Shown here in pieces: positions 49,531 through 61,188 of a DNA stretch of 64,000 nt. How positions within the stretch are numbered: the first letter of the stretch is position 1; each line of letters opens with the position of its first letter. The notes beneath the pieces were generated by a model. That model was not told the DNA's origin, did not search any database, and saw nothing but the letters and a program-made list of their open reading frames with translations. The DNA comes from Macrostomum lignano. Its lineage: Eukaryota. Made by a program: the position numbers and the translations under genes. The stretch covers positions 59,666 to 123,665 of the forward strand of contig NIVC01003040.1 of assembly GCA_002269645.1 (NCBI GenBank). Reading direction: 5' to 3'.

Positions 49531-52500
49531 GTGTCCGCAGGCATACAAAAACTGGTTTGAACTAACACACAAGCCCCTTTTTTAGCATACCTTTTTTAGC
49601 GGACATTTGACATTTGAGGATTTACTTATTGAGGTTCGAATCTCAGCTATCTTTTCTGAAGCTTTGGTGTCACCCCAACTCCTTTTGAGCTTTGACATCG
49701 CATAGACCAAAATTCCATGCACTCACTTTACTCTCTGGTCCTAACAAGGGCCAAGCCCAAGGCACGGTAGAAGCTGCGCGCATGTCTTACAAAGACGAGG
49801 AAGTCAGAGCCTCTGTGCTTACCTGTGCTCTCGAGGATCTTGCTCAGGAGAGGCGTCGGGTGTGGTTAGCATTGACATCCCAGTCTCGCATGAATGAAAG
49901 AAGCCTCTTCTCGACGTCAAAAGTCACTATTGCTATCAATCTTGCGTACCTTCCCAGTAAAGTTTCCTAAGGGAAAGCATTAATTATCTCTTGCACTTTC
50001 CAGATACGCCAGCTGTGAAATTGAGCACCTCCGGCTGCAATCAGAGCAGCGAGTTCTCGAGCTCGTCTAACTGCACCAAAGCCATCGACTGAGTGGCGTC
50101 GCCGGCTCTCAGCGCCTACAGCAGAACAAATTCCGGCCCTAGCTGGTGATGCGGGGCTGATTTGAGCCCTGCATCTCTGCACCAGCGATCTCAATGCGTT
50201 CTCCCTGTCAGTGGACGGAGTCACATCGGTGCCGTTCTCTGTGACCAATTTCAGCTGCAATGCCTTCAGCGGCAGATCAATAATAGTGAATTTGCAGGCT
50301 GGCAAAATTGAACCTAATCATAAGCGAGTTCGAAATTTATGGCTATTGATAGCAGCTGCTAACGCAAGGACAACAATGAGGAACTCGAAGATCTTCTACG
50401 CAATTGTAAACGACCTGCAACCTGAAGACTGAATTTATTTTCAGCATCTTCACCAGCAATACGTTCAACATACATTTGGTGTTAAAAAGCTGGAAAATAT
50501 TTTTCTCGTAATTAAAAACCTAATGCTTGACTTTCAATTGTTCACTTTCAAGTGTTCCAAGATTAAAAACGAAGATTCATCAAGATCTATAAATCTGGGT
50601 TCGAGTTCTGGATTATCTGGAGCCACTTGACAAATTTCAAATGAAATGAGAAAATCTGTTTTTTAGCCACTAATCTCTCTACAAGTGTATTTTGCGACTA
50701 TAAACTCTTAAATATAGGATTCAATACTTGGTTTTGAGTAGTCTTGTAACACGATATATATTTCTCGTGCATTAAATGACTCCAGCCAATAGGCGATCAC
50801 GAGCCATTTAAGCACGCTTTTAGCGTTTAATGCACGCTTTTACACATTTATATCGTGTTATAATTTTCTATCTTAGAATTGCGCCAGAGTTTCACTATTC
50901 TAGAACATTCTGTAATTCTTTTTAGGGAATTATGCGGAGTTATTTACGTTTAGAGGTCAATCTGCCCGGACGGATTCTGATTTACGATCACTCAGCCAAC
51001 CTGAGTCCAGCTAGTCATCTCGGGCTCGTCAAATCAGAAAATTTGAGGAGAGTTATTATAAACTGGCTGTCATAAATCTACGAGTATTTATAGCGGCCGC
51101 TCGGCTCGCCTCCCTCACAAAACGTTCTTCCTCCACGTACGTCCCCCCGGATCAAAAACATCTGAGATCAGCGAGTACAGCAGTCGTCAAATACGAGCTA
51201 AGAGCAGCAGCAGCATCCATAAAATTATCCATGGCGACACCCCTGAGCATCAGTATCCTGTTTGGATATCTCAGTCACTGTGGACTTCCTGGTTACGGGC
51301 AGCTTGACCCTGATTGGTTGGGCGAGAGGCCTCCTTTGACTTGCTCTATTGGGTGCACATCTTGACTAACTCCTTTTCCGGTAGCTGGATTGGATTTGCA
51401 CTTTTACTTATTTGTTTATATGGAGTTCAGTAGCTTTGGGACATTGACGCTATTTTTTGAGAATTTGATAGAACTTCTAATGAATGAAATAAAAAGCTAC
51501 TCAATCAAACTAAGAATGGTGCATTCACTGCAGAGACTACTGACAAAATTGAGTTCAGTAGTTGATTTTCGCGCTGTCGCGAATAGCAAAATTTTCGCAG
51601 TTTTTATGGCCACATAGGTAGTTAATGAGTGGCCCATCTTGTGTATATATGATCTTTGCTGTGACCTGAGAAAGCCAATTTCTGTTTCGCAATGCTGACC
51701 AAGATATCGAGTGGCTTATTCACTGAGGCGAAGGTCGCAGTGGACCAAAAGAAATTCAGTTCCTAGTCATTCAACCCATCAATAAGTTAAATTCCGAAAT
51801 CACACCAATCCCGCTTGTTCCGCAGCAGGAATGAATCATTTATAATTAGCTTAGAGACCGAATTAGGCTCTGAATATTGTACTGCATCAGCGCTATCTGG
51901 CGACGAGCTGACTCGGTCCAGGCCAATTTCGTGCAGATCGATACACAAAGTATTTTCTGGGAATTCAATAATGTATTCTAATAGCACACTCAGTGGTGTA
52001 TGGAGACTCGCCAGAACAAGAACTCCCCGCTAAAAGTCCTACCTGCTGCCCCTGCATGGCCAGTGCGATATAGCAGTATCCATGATATGCAGTAGTATCC
52101 CTTATGTCGACTATGACTTCGAGATAGACAGCTAAAAGACACAAATTAGCATTTGTTAAAGTCTCGAGTAATATGAATTTTTCTAGCGCGGGCTTTTCTT
52201 CACCGAATAGGTAGGTCTACGGCCAACCCCTTTTAGCGCTTAAATGCGTTCTCTAGAACAACACGCTCGTACTAAATGCGCTAGCGGTTACGTTCTTTAC
52301 CGGCCTCTCCTGTTCAGTTCTAAGAAAATTGATCGTATCTACTAGCGTCCTAAATCAGTTTAAAACCAAAACCATGCATTTGTCATCTGTTCTCTGTTCT
52401 GCATTCAGTAGTCCGTAGTCTGCATACAACTCGTGCATTACAATAAATAAATGAGGTATAGTTAGCACTACGGCGAGTTTGGCGATTTTTCACGAGTTGG

Positions 52501-53065
52501 TTACACAAAAACGGGTCAGAAGTGTGATAAATTAGATAATAACATTTTACTAGTTTTTATTTTAGATCCTCTAAAGATTTCTATGTGTTCGCGTGGTATT
52601 TGTTAGTGCAAACATGGCAAGCTATAGCTGCTTTCATAATTCGGTCAATTCCATTACAATAGCTTATAATCGTTCGTTCACGATCTACGAGTAATACAAT
52701 TTCATGATATTACATTTTGAATTCCCTACTCCAATTTATAAACTTAAGTTCTGTCTATGGGCGTTAGCTCTGACGCTGTCGTTCAGTCGCCTACGATTCT
52801 TCGTTAACTTGTAATGCATTTCCTTTTCGGTTTTAAGCAGACGTATGAATTTAACTTGATAAATTAATCTACTAAAGTACACGAATACTGGCCATTTCAC
52901 CAGCATATAACAGCTATTCTTTTTACGTAAGTAGAGCCTAACACGACATGTGACTTTACTAAAACCGCCATCTGCAAAACATGCTGTGAACAAGTCGTCA
53001 ACTATACTCGCGCGTGCGTTCAACGTGAACGTGTGTAATATATTTAAAGACTTTAAATACCATGT

Positions 53066-53325
53066 GCCATCAAGCTGGCTGGTAGTCATCGGCGGGCCGC
53101 GGCCGCTGCTCGATTAATTGTTTCCGGCGGCTGTTGGCCTGTCTGGCTTCCGGCTGCGGCCTCTGCTTGGCCACCGCTGGGCCCGCCGACCCCGCCGCCT
53201 TGCCCTGCTGCCTGTTCGCCGCCATGGCTGGCGAAGCCAACTGGCCCACCGGTCGCCTGGAATTCCTACCGGGCATCGGCGCCATCCCGCAGCGGGTCAG
53301 CAGTCGTCTTCCGCTCGGCCGCTGA
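53066..53325 (+). pseudogene. ALDH16A1-like fragment: duplicate of 38977-39202 joined to 39709-39726
   Basis: Near-identical nucleotide match to the ALDH16 gene, with an inserted ttaa at ~53114 that shifts the frame; there is no start or end. Confidence 0.9.
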
Positions 53326-53548
53326 TTAATTCCTCAATATTGCTTTCAAATCCACGCCAAACTATAAAACATGAGTTAATTACATTCATGCTGATGTATA
53401 ATGTCCTTGTGAAATGCCATCCCGGTTCTAATCTGTTTTATATTTTTATTTACCAATAAATAACTCTTGGATCAAGCTTAGCAGCCGATGAAACCGGAAT
53501 AAACAAATCCTTTGCTATGCGCCCCGCCATTCCAGCCCAGAAAATCTC

Positions 53549-54730
53549 ATGCCGTCACTGTCGCCGCTCCTGATGCCGCTTGCTGCCCTGCTGCTGCTGC
53601 TGGCATCCACCGGACCTCGGGCCGCCCACTCCGTGCCCGCAGCTGCCGGCGCCCCGTCAGCGAACAGCGAATCCGCCAGCATCGATGAGCTTCGCCGCCT
53701 CTTGGCGCTGCTGCGACCGCCGTCTGCCGTGGCGCCGCCGGCCGCTGCCCCAAGCGTGATGGCGAAGGTCGCCAGGACGTCAGACTCTCCATCTTCTCAT
53801 GGCGAGCTCCGTCCGCCGACGCTGGACGACCTCCGGTCGGGCATCATCCGGGCGCTCGTCTCGGACGCGGCCGCCGTCAGCCTGGACAAACCCGGCGTCT
53901 GGCCGGCTGTGCGCGACTTTGTCCGCCTGCTGAACTCGCACCTGTCCGCCAGGTCGCTTGAGCTCGGCCGCCTGCTCCGGCCGCTGGCCGCCTGGCTGCC
54001 TGAGGAGCCGCCGAGCCACGACCGCTGGCTGCGCGCCCTGGCCGACGCCGGCTTCCCGACGCGCCCGCCCGACGCCTGGGTCTCCTGCCGCGGCTCCAAG
54101 CCCTTCCTGCGTGGCTACCCGTGCAGCCTTTGGCAGCTGTTCCACACCCTCACAGCCGTGCGCTTCGCCACCGCCGGCGCCTCCGGCCCGCCTGTGATGC
54201 CCGTCATGCGCCGCTTCATCATCGCCTGCTTCTCCTGCCGCTACTGCGCCGAGAACTTCGACAAAGGCACCGCCGGCATGGAGGCGGAGATCGGCGCCCA
54301 GCCGGCGCCAGGCGTCGAGCTGCTTTACCTGTGGCGGAGGCACAACGCCGTCAATAAACGGCTGAGCGGCGAGTCCTCGGACGACCCCGCCTATCCGAAG
54401 GCCCGGTTCCCGTCCGCCGCGCTGTGCTCCGAATGCGCCGAGGGTGCCGCCTCCGCGGACGCGAACGCCGCCGCATTCCTGCTTCGCTGGTACGGGCCGG
54501 GCGCCGGCTGGGCCAGCCATCCGGAAGGCGGCAGCGACTTTGTCATGCCGGCCATCAGCACCGTCGACATAATGGGCTTCTTCCGGGTCGACCTGGTCAT
54601 TGTGGCGCTCTGCTTTGCCTGTGCGCTTGACGCCCTGTTGGTCGTCTGGTGTCGCCTCAGCCATAGCGCCCGCCGGCTGTGCAGGCGAGACCTATCGCCG
54701 TTCCGGCGCTCGCCCATCCCCGTCTTCTGA
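53549..54730 (+). CDS. QSOX-derived thioredoxin-less sulfhydryl oxidase (signal peptide-HRR-ERV/ALR-TM), intact single-exon ORF, 393 aa
   Basis: Matches QSOX exon 1 up to 41391, then QSOX exon 3 from 43752, in frame. It retains CRYC, the FAD-binding W..H/HN motifs and the C-terminal CxxC (CSEC). Confidence 0.85.
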   Translation: MPSLSPLLMPLAALLLLLASTGPRAAHSVPAAAGAPSANSESASIDELRRLLALLRPPSAVAPPAAAPSVMAKVARTSDSPSSHGELRPPTLDDLRSGIIRALVSDAAAVSLDKPGVWPAVRDFVRLLNSHLSARSLELGRLLRPLAAWLPEEPPSHDRWLRALADAGFPTRPPDAWVSCRGSKPFLRGYPCSLWQLFHTLTAVRFATAGASGPPVMPVMRRFIIACFSCRYCAENFDKGTAGMEAEIGAQPAPGVELLYLWRRHNAVNKRLSGESSDDPAYPKARFPSAALCSECAEGAASADANAAAFLLRWYGPGAGWASHPEGGSDFVMPAISTVDIMGFFRVDLVIVALCFACALDALLVVWCRLSHSARRLCRRDLSPFRRSPIPVF

Positions 54731-57059
54731 CTTATTTAATAAGGTAATGTGTACTTCTACTTGTCTTCACTGTGGTCTGTTGTTGCATTTTCAGCTGGAG
54801 TAATTGTTGTTTGAGTTCCAATTTCCAACTCTATTTGATACTTATGCTAATTGTACTTTAAAAAGAGAATTTCCACAAGCTTGGCAGAGATGTAAGACCG
54901 GGGCATCAGATTTGAAAATTTATCAATTAAAATTGTGAAAGTGTCTTAATTTCCTTAGCTTCTTATTTAAAAAATCCTGCTACGTTTTATATGTTTTGCG
55001 TGATATTTTTGGTGCAAACATGTATCCTGCTTGAATAAATAACGTTTAATTTCCTTAAAAATAGAGCTTTACCTTCATGATTTAATAAAAATGTATGTTT
55101 TTGAATGTAGTAATAGATATTTTCTATTCGAATTTTTCCATTCTTCTATTTTACACAATCAGGTCATACACTACACGACATGTCTTTGTTAAAACCGCCA
55201 TCTGCAAAACACGGTTTAAATTTTTGAGCTGTGAACATGGCCGGCATGAACGTGTGTAGTACTTATTATCATAGAATTTAAATGCTATGCGTATGTAGTG
55301 AATTTTCCATTCTGGCCAGTAGTTTGTTTGTTTAAAAATCGAATAGCCTAAATTAGGACTGAGTAAAAATACAGTTACGTTACAGTAGGCCTATTGATCC
55401 AGGGGTTTGATCTGCATAGGCTTACCGACAAGTGACAATACCGAAGTTATAGGGCCTGCCTACCCTAGTCTAGATATTGAAACTTAATCGATACAAACAA
55501 AACTAGCTAGAATAAAATTGGGATAAGGATGATATGCACTAAGTGAGTGCTATTTGGTCTATCTGTACTCTAATCATCTAATGCAATCAGCAGAATGCAG
55601 ATAGCTGGTACAATCATTATCAATCAATGATATAAAATCAGGCAGTCAGGTAGACCTACATATTGCATGCAAGTACATTTTTAAATACTTGATAAAATTT
55701 TCTCATGTCATTCTGAATATTTTTGAAAATATTTTATAATCTGTGATCATTAGTACTATTATGAGTATACTAGGCCTATGCCTAATATTATTTAATGCAT
55801 AGGCCTAGGCCTAGCCACTATAGAATAAGATTTCTATATATTAAATTTACTGATATTTTTTATGTTATGATTAATTTAATGTGCATATTTAAGATAGCCA
55901 TAGCCTATAGGCATAGTTCTAAATCAGTTTGTGCAAAAAAAGTAGATTTTAACCTCTTTAAATTAGGCCTAGCTATTTTAGTTCCTAGGTCTAGGATGTC
56001 ATTTTTTACTAAAAATTCAAAGCAAATTTAGCTTAGCCTTAGCTTAGGATAGAGCAAAGCAGGGTAGGACAAGGCAATCTCTGGCAATGTAGAAGGCAAG
56101 GCAAGGTAAAAGCCATAGTTTGGATTATATATTAGTGTATGCCAGGTTTAATGTTGTAAAATTGATGAGACCTTGTTTATACGCTGGGTTTTCATGCCAA
56201 TATAAAAAATTATCTTTGGCACAATATTTCTACTATGTTATGCATACCAAGATATAAACTGATTTATGCCAAAAAATGATAAATACCTTGTTGTATTTGT
56301 ATAGGCTTACTAAGAAATCTTAGTATATGTGTTGCTTTCCAAACTATGGGGCAGAAGCAAGGGTAGGGATAGGTAGGGCTAGGTCAGAGTCTTAGAGATA
56401 GGGTAGGATAAAGAGCAACAAAATGGTTGATTAACATTAAAGCCAAGATATATTATCTTTTTTGGCTAATACTATAATACAATATTGATATAGAAAAAAT
56501 ACTAAATAACTGAATAAGATCTTAGGACTAAAATTAGAATACTTCAAGGTACCTAAGTAGATTTTTAGTTTGAGATTCAGGGAATCAAGACATTGAGGCA
56601 GATTTTGGATCTAAGTTTTGTGGCATCAACCCTATTGGAATAAGTCTTCATTTTCAGATGCTATCCAGTGTGTTTAAGAAATTTAGCTGGTATAGGTATG
56701 AGGAGATATATATATGCACAGGTGTGCTTATATGTATGCTATGCGTATGTGTGGTGCACATGTGAGCATTGTGCATAGCCTATACTCCACTCAAAAAATG
56801 AAAAGGCAAATATACAAAACAAGAAAAGTATAATCTTACCATTCAACATTTTTAGCCAAAAAGTTTTATTATTTATTAATTACTTTTATCTTAGGCCTTT
56901 GCAATAAATACTTAGCTACCAAAATTTATCATTACTTACAAATGTAAATTTAGTAAGGCCTAATTAAGATTTAGTATATTCTGATTACTTGCAATAAAAT
57001 TTGTTAAACTACATCAATGATTTCTAGAATAACTATGGAATATAGTCAAATACTAGCAA

Positions 57060-58170
57060 TCTACGCCCCCCGTTGGGGAGCCAAAGAAATGCAATACACG
57101 TTTTTTTAATAAGCTACATGTATCCTTGAAATCTTAAAAAATCTCCTATCAAACCTTGTAAGCCTTGACATGTCAGTTATCCCCCCCACAAGCTTTAACA
57201 TATCAACTTCCCCCCTTGACATCTCAGCCATGCCCCCAATAAGCCTTGGAAATCTAAAAATATCTGTCAACCTTCTAACCCCAACCCTAACCCTAACCCT
57301 AACCTAACCCTAAAGCATTGAAATTTCAGTAATTCTCTCTAAGAGTCATTATAGCACTACTACAGCATTATAGCGATTCCCTGCAAGCCTCGACATCGTA
57401 GGGATTCCCAAATGAATCTCTTAACTTCGACATGAAGCTTCTTTTATTTTTTACATTACGCTTTTTTAATCAGCGATCCCTCCCCTGAGGAGGCATCAAA
57501 TAATGTAATAAAAAGTTTTCAATAAACTACATGCAGCTTCTGACTTTAGCCTTGAAATCTCATTTATACCCCCGTGAGCCTTGACATCTCAGCTATTCCC
57601 CCCGTAAGCCTTAACATGTCAGCGATGGCGCCCATAAACCTTGAAATCTGAAAAATCCCCTGCTAACCTTGAAACTCGATAAAATATAACCCTCAACCCA
57701 CACCTGACCTAAGCCTAACTTTAACCCAACATAAAGCCTTGAAATCTCAGCAATTCTTCTCCCCTAAGCCTTGACATTTTAGTGATTCCCTCTTTAAGAA
57801 TCACAGCACTATAACGATTTCCACCAAGCTTTGACATCGTAGCAATTCCCAAATGAATCTTTTAACTTCGACATGACTTTTCTTTTATGTATACATACGC
57901 TCGTAGTGCTACTTTTATTTTTTACATGACTCTTCTTCTATCAGCGCCTCCCGTGGCGAGCCAACAAAGAATGCAATAAAAAAAATTGAGTAAAGTACAT
58001 GAACTTTGAATTAGCTTCTGACTTTTGCTTTGACATCTCAGAAACCCCCCCCCTCGTAATCTCAGTTATTCTCTGAGAGCCTTGACGTCTCAGTTTTTCT
58101 CCCCAGCACAGCATTATAGCTGCATTTAATTTTTCCATGACACCTTTCATGTCTGACATGACGCTTCTTT
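57060..58170. repeat. Degenerate ~430-470-bp higher-order repeat with agccttgacatctcag sub-repeats and a short (CCCTAA)n tract
   Basis: Unit starts at ~57060, ~57470 and ~57940; ccctaa copies at ~57277-57313; an inverted fragment of the same family at ~59750-59835. Confidence 0.6.
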
Positions 58171-58199
58171 TATTCTACTATGATGCTTCTTAATTTTTT

Positions 58200-58910
58200 A
58201 AATGACACTTTCATTAGTTTTTAAATGACGCTTCTATGATTTTTTCATGACGCTTCTATGATTTTAACATGACGCTTCTATGATTTTTTCATGACGCTTC
58301 TATGATTTTTTACATGACGCTTGTATGATTGTTTACATGACGCTTCTATGATTTTTTACATGACGCTTCTATGATTGTTTACATGACGCCTCTATGATTT
58401 TTTACATGACGCTTCTATGATTGTTTACATGACGCTTCTATGATTGTTTACATGACGCTTCTATGATTTTTTACATGGCGCTTCTATGATTGTTTACACG
58501 ACGCTTCTATGATTTTTAAAATGACACTTCTATGATTGTTTACATGACGCTTCTATGATTTTTTACATGACGCTTCTATGATTGTTTACATGACGCTTCT
58601 ATGATTTTTTACATGACGCTTCTATGTTTGTTTATATGACGCTTCTATGATTTTTTACATGACGCTTCTACGATTTTTTACATGAAGCTTCTATGATTGT
58701 TTACATGACGCTTCTATGATTGTTTGCATGACGCTTCTATGATTTTTTACATGACGCTTCTATGATTGTTTACATGACGCTTCTATGATTTTTTACATGA
58801 CACTTCTATGCTTTTTACATGATGCTTCCACGATTTTTTACATGACACTTCCACGATTTTTTACATGACGCTTCTATGATTTTTTACATGACGCTTTTAT
58901 GATTTTTTTA
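58200..58910. repeat. 23-bp minisatellite (acatgacgcttctatgattgttt), ~30 copies
   Basis: Period checked at 58381, 58404 and 58427. Confidence 0.95.
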
Positions 58911-60111
58911 GTTTTCTTGGCGTTAAAAAGCTTTAATTAAAAAAACTCTACTCTCTAAAAATTTGAACCATCGTTTCTGCATTTAGCAGTTCAGTCTGTT
59001 TACCGCTAGGCTAGCTCTCATCGTTTTGTTAACATGAATTCAACACTTATAATTATAAGTTTCAAAACTCCAAGCATAGAGTAAATCACACGAGGCAGTT
59101 ATTACATAATCAATTTCTCAGTCAGTCAGTATCAGTTAACAATATGGTTGCGCAATCTAAATCAAGTCTGGTGCTACGCTTCCACACTGCATTTTCAATA
59201 CTGTGACGCAATTCAAGTCGGAGTTACAATTCAGTTATGATGTAATCCATTTCAGAATCAGAATTCAACCAGTCAGTTTTTTCTCTAGCATTCTTACAAT
59301 GCATTTCAAGTCGAAAAGTTTGCTTGACCTTTGCAAAAAAGCATGTTTTTCGAATATTTAATCGCTTTAACATGGAGCAATTTCTTAGCCAAGATGCATG
59401 TACCGTCACGGGAAAATTTCTGATCGAACAGTGCAAGTTCGAAGAAAATCGGTCCAGCCATTTTTTCTCTAATCGATTTTGTACAAACAAACAACTCATT
59501 TTTAGTATATAGGATGCTAAAATAGTTAGTCAATATCTATCCATATAGGTAAGTAATCAATAAAAATGGCTTAACTAATTTTCTTTGAACTTATACCATT
59601 TGATAAAAAATTGGCTTAATAGAAAATTCATAGCAAATGTGTTTGTCTATGAAATGTTTTGCTTGAATAAGGTTATTTAAAAAAACAAAAAGAATTGGTT
59701 CTTAAGAAAATGTGCTTTTTATTGGATTTGCATAAATACTTTTTGTTCCTTGCTTATTGGCTACCCCAAAAGGGGGCACAAGATTGTTAGATAGGAGGAA
59801 TTGCTCAGATGTCAAGGCTTATAAGGGAAATTTCTAAGCTGTCAGGGCAAATATGCATCAGTCATTCATAAGTGTATTTCAATACAAGCTGACTTTTACC
59901 AACTTGCACTGAAATTTTGCTTTTATGTACCAAATAATTGCCAAAAGAATGCCAATTTATTGACTATGCTATAGTGTATGTATATATGCATCTTGCAATG
60001 TTTTTTATTCTCTTTTTGCCATTGTAGGAATCATGCAAACATATCCCAACTTCCAATTGCAAACCCAAATTTATAAAAGATTTATCTCTAATATCCTTGT
60101 GCTCTTTTACC

Positions 60112-60184
60112 TTGGGGTTGCGATAGGGGCCTCGCGGCCTATTTGCGGCGCCTGCGCGCCCCCGTCAGTAGTAAGTAAGTAAGT
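60112..60184 (+). mobile_element. Possible 5'-truncated LINE/SINE 3' end with a (TAAG)3 tail
   Basis: A GC-rich ~60-bp island in AT-rich DNA ending in gtaagtaagtaagta, like the short-repeat tails of RTE/CR1-type elements. Confidence 0.3.
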
Positions 60185-60523
60185 ATCTCTAATATAAGCT
60201 TTTTGCTTATTTTGTTTCTTTGCCTTCTTGACTAAACTAGAATGTTTATAGTATCTTTGCTACTATGTATGTTTACAAAAATAACACAAATTTCTTGCAA
60301 TTCTATGTCCGCCTTTTTGATTTTCCAGGAACAGCTCATTATTGTGTTAATGCAGTGTTTTTTAGTCATGCAAAAAACTGCTGCCAAATTTGCAGCTGAC
60401 ATCTTGCATTCAGAGTAGTAGTAAAATATCTCATTTGGTTTCTTTCATAACTTTCAGCGCTTTTCTGCTTTTCGCTATTTATCCTACTGATAATAGTAGT
60501 ATTATTACAATAAGGTTGAAACA

Positions 60524-61110
60524 ATGTCCGCCCAAGCCGAGCAGCGAAAGCAGAAGCAGGCGCAGCCAGCCGGCGCATCCGCGCAAGCCGAGGCCATGGA
60601 AGAGGAGGAGGCGTTCGGGCCGCTGCCGATCGCAAGCTGGAGACTGGCATCTCTGCCGCCGATGTGAAGAAGCTGGAGGAGGCTGGGCACCACACCGTGG
60701 AGAGCCTGCAGATGGTGCCGAAGAAAAACCTACTGGCTATTAAAGGCATCTCAGAGGCCAAGGCAGATAAAATTATGGAAGTTGTTCACAAGATGTGCCC
60801 ATGGGCTTCACCACGGCTACTGAGTTTCATCAGAAGCGGTGCGTATTCTACTACTCACCTTGTCTATTGTTGCCTAGTAGTATGATACTGTATTTTTCTG
60901 TATTGTATTTTTCTTTACTATTTGCCCAGCAATGCGCTGATTAGAATAACAGAGACAGACACCGAGTAAAACTGTCCCTAATATCATTTGCCTGTCTATC
61001 TGCCTGTCTGTTTGTCTATGTGTTTTGTCTGTCTGTCTGTCTGTCTGTCTTAGTGTCTGTCTGTCTGTCTTAGTGTCTATCTGTCTTATTGTCTGTCTGT
61101 CTGTCTGTCC

Positions 61111-61188
<78 letters not shown>

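Noticed and set aside
53549-54730. Processed retrocopy or exon-skipped cDNA of QSOX
   Set aside because: The deletion breakpoints lie inside exons 1 and 3, not at splice sites; upstream intergenic DNA and ALDH16 fragments are co-duplicated; there is no poly(A) tail.
57277-57313. Telomere or chromosome end
   Set aside because: Only about 5 imperfect CCCTAA units embedded in a dispersed repeat, with genes on both sides.
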